Positions 6,164 through 7,626 of a stretch of 7,626 nucleotides of DNA are shown piece by piece. Where the stretch lies: the IMG/VR virus record IMGVR_UViG_2778261276_000006, one strand, 5' to 3'. Each line of letters opens with the position of its first letter. The first letter of the stretch is position 1. Made by a program: the position numbers and the translations under genes. The stretch is from a virus. Lineage: Duplodnaviria > Heunggongvirae > Uroviricota > Caudoviricetes. The notes beneath the pieces are model-generated. The model searched no databases, was not told the origin of the DNA, and saw only the letters and a program-made list of their open reading frames with translations.

Positions 6164-6861
6164 ACACTTGCTCCTTTCAGCCCAAACTTCGCTTTGATTT
6201 CTGCGATCTTCGCCAGAGACTGAACACGATTAAGCGGTCTCCCGCCCATAACAGGAAGTTGTTTTACTGGTTCAGGTATCGCCTCACCACGGTTAATTCG
6301 CGCTGTCATACAGGCCAGTTCATCGGCAGCCTTGCGCCGTAATTCCGCATCAGTCAGCGCATTGGCCCGCATGTTCTGATACAGGTTGGTAACCAGCCAG
6401 TAGTGCGCGTTTGATTTCCACGGATAAGACTCTGCATCCGGATACAGGCCACGTTTCCGGCAATACTCGTAAACCATATCAACCAGCTCGCTGGCGTTTG
6501 GCAGCCCGGCGGTAACGGATGCTTCTTCCCGGCACCAGGCAACAAACTGCCCGGGTGATGGCAGGAATGGTCGATTCTGCCGACGGGCTACGCGCATTCC
6601 TGCATTAACCTGTTCCATCGTGGTGATCCCGTTTTCCCGGAAAGCCAGAACCCACTGGCGGCGGATTTCGTTCAGTTCGTTCTGGTCCCGGTTAGCCAGG
6701 CTCGCCGGGAAAGTTGCCAGTAACTGGCTGAACACACCATTGATGATCTGCGCTACCTGTTGTACCTGCGGCTTTTCTTCGTACTGTTCCGGCATGTTGT
6801 TGGCGATCCGGCGCATCTGCTCACGGTCAAAGTTAACCATCTGTGCGGCGATGTTTTTCAT
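6160..6861 (-). CDS. P: Replication protein P (DnaB-loading), 233 aa
   Basis: Near-identical to lambda P as recalled (MKNIAAQMVNFDREQMRRIANNMPEQY...KAKFGLKGASV). GGTGGAG SD; ATG overlaps the O stop (ATGA). Confidence 0.95.
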   Translation of the reverse strand: MKNIAAQMVNFDREQMRRIANNMPEQYEEKPQVQQVAQIINGVFSQLLATFPASLANRDQNELNEIRRQWVLAFRENGITTMEQVNAGMRVARRQNRPFLPSPGQFVAWCREEASVTAGLPNASELVDMVYEYCRKRGLYPDAESYPWKSNAHYWLVTNLYQNMRANALTDAELRRKAADELACMTARINRGEAIPEPVKQLPVMGGRPLNRVQSLAKIAEIKAKFGLKGASV

Positions 6862-7361
6862 AGCTCCACCCCGTAAATCCAGTCAGTGTTCGTCAGGTCG
6901 AGTTTTGGTGTGCCGGCTGTCACGCCAGCCTGTTGCTTGTTTCGGTTGATTTCGAGCTGGGTCCACTTGTCGCGGAGTTTGGCTGGACTCAGCACGTTAC
7001 CGGACCAGAAGTTGTCCTGGCATGCCCAGCGGAACAGCACGCACATGTCGCGGTGGTTACGTCCGTCACGTTCACGCATCAGGCGGATATCGTTAGCCCA
7101 CCTTGCAAAATTCGGTTTTCTGGCTGATGGCGCGATGGTCTTCACCATGTCAAACATCCACTCTGCGGCGGTCAGGTCTTCTGCTGTCCCCCACTTGCTG
7201 CCACTCTGAATTGCAGCATCCGGTTTCACCACAGGAAGGTCGTTTTCTGGCTGGTCAGAGGATTCGCCAGAATTCTCGGACGAAAAAGGTTTTATATTGT
7301 CTTTTGTTAGTTTGTCTTTTGTGTTTACCTGATTCGGGTAAGCGCCTTTAGGCGCGATCAC
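6858..7361 (-). pseudogene. O: Replication initiator O, C-terminal fragment only (N-terminal iteron-binding domain missing)
   Basis: Track protein matches the lambda O C-terminal half from about the last iteron onward (...YPNQ..SSENSGESSDQPENDL.VVKPDAAIQSGSKWGTAEDLTAAEWMFDMVKT...WIYGVEL). The frame opens at a GTG (7361-7359) three codons after an in-frame TAG (7370-7368). Upstream minus-strand DNA does not encode an O N-terminus in any frame. Confidence 0.65.
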
Positions 7362-7475
7362 TTTCGTCTACTCCGTTACAAAGCGAGGCTGGGTATTTCC
7401 CGGCCTTTCTGTTACCCGAAATCCCCTGAAAGCACAGCGGCTGGCTGAGGAGATAAATAATAAACGGGGAGCTGT

Positions 7476-7626
7476 ATGCACAAAGCATCTCCTGTTGAGT
7501 TAAGAACGAGCATTGAGATGGCACATAGCCTCGCTCAAATTGGAGTCAGGTTTGTGCCAATACCAGTAGAAACAGACGAAGAATTTCATACGTTAGCCGC
7601 ATCCCTTTCACAAAAGCTGGAAATGA
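7476..7626 (+). CDS. Hypothetical protein, 5' end only (at least 50 codons, runs off window end)
   Basis: ATG at 7476 with GGGGAG 6 nt upstream; open to the window end: MHKASPVELRTSIEMAHSLAQIGVRFVPIPVETDEEFHTLAASLSQKLEM... Balanced protein-like composition. Divergent from O'. Family not recognised. Confidence 0.45.
   Translation, partial: MHKASPVELRTSIEMAHSLAQIGVRFVPIPVETDEEFHTLAASLSQKLEM

Larger units (their letters stand above)
1..7626. mobile_element. Lambdoid (DLP12-like) prophage segment spanning replication genes, nin region, Q, porin moron and start of lysis cassette
   Basis: Gene content and order O'-P-ren-[cargo]-ylcH-ybcN-ninE-ybcO-rusA-ylcG-quuD on the minus strand, then a convergent porin and a holin start. 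This matches the lambda/DLP12 early-right and late-region layout as I remember it. Confidence 0.9.

Noticed and set aside
5736-7351. ORFs antisense to or nested in ren, P and O' (5736-5924 +, 5921-6223 +, 6145-6342 +, 6354-6545 -, 6620-6949 +, 6886-7209 +, 6933-7127 +, 7103-7351 +)
   Set aside because: They overlap the strongly supported P, ren and O-fragment genes; no independent support.
7326-7450. Possible iteron remnants (TTACCCGAA / TTCGGGTAA inverted copies and a GGGAAATACCC-type motif) near the O' junction
   Set aside because: The motifs are short and irregularly spaced and I cannot show a repeated 18-19-bp unit, so this stays an unproven impression.
7362-7626. O N-terminus possibly encoded in another minus-strand frame (frameshift hypothesis)
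   Set aside because: All three minus-strand frames upstream of the GTG are interrupted by stops within about 66 codons, and their translations are hydrophobic, Cys-rich and not protein-like, whereas the plus strand carries a plausible ORF with an SD.
1-7626. CRISPR arrays, tRNA/rRNA genes, IS elements
   Set aside because: No regularly spaced direct repeats, no cloverleaf-like conserved tRNA sequence, and no terminal inverted repeats flanking a transposase-like ORF were seen.

Overview
The whole window is a segment of a DLP12-like lambdoid prophage of an Escherichia/Shigella-type genome, with the phage early-right operon on the minus strand. Reading in phage order (high to low coordinates): a 5'-truncated replication initiator O fragment, replication protein P, Ren, an AT-rich cargo island, then the nin-type string ylcH-like, ybcN, ninE, ybcO, rusA, ylcG and the antiterminator quuD, followed by an intact NmpC/Lc-type porin gene on the opposite strand and the first codons of an S21-type dual-start holin at the window edge. 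The candidate undescribed system is the cargo island (about 3926-5869): a 472-aa orphan gene on the plus strand, antisense to the phage operon, with an 18-bp perfect palindrome in front of it and a 12-bp hairpin behind it, plus a doubtful 84-aa convergent ORF. I could not assign the 472-aa protein to any family by eye. Gene identities are recognised from memory of K-12 DLP12 and lambda proteins and need confirmation by search. No tRNA, rRNA, CRISPR array or IS element was seen.
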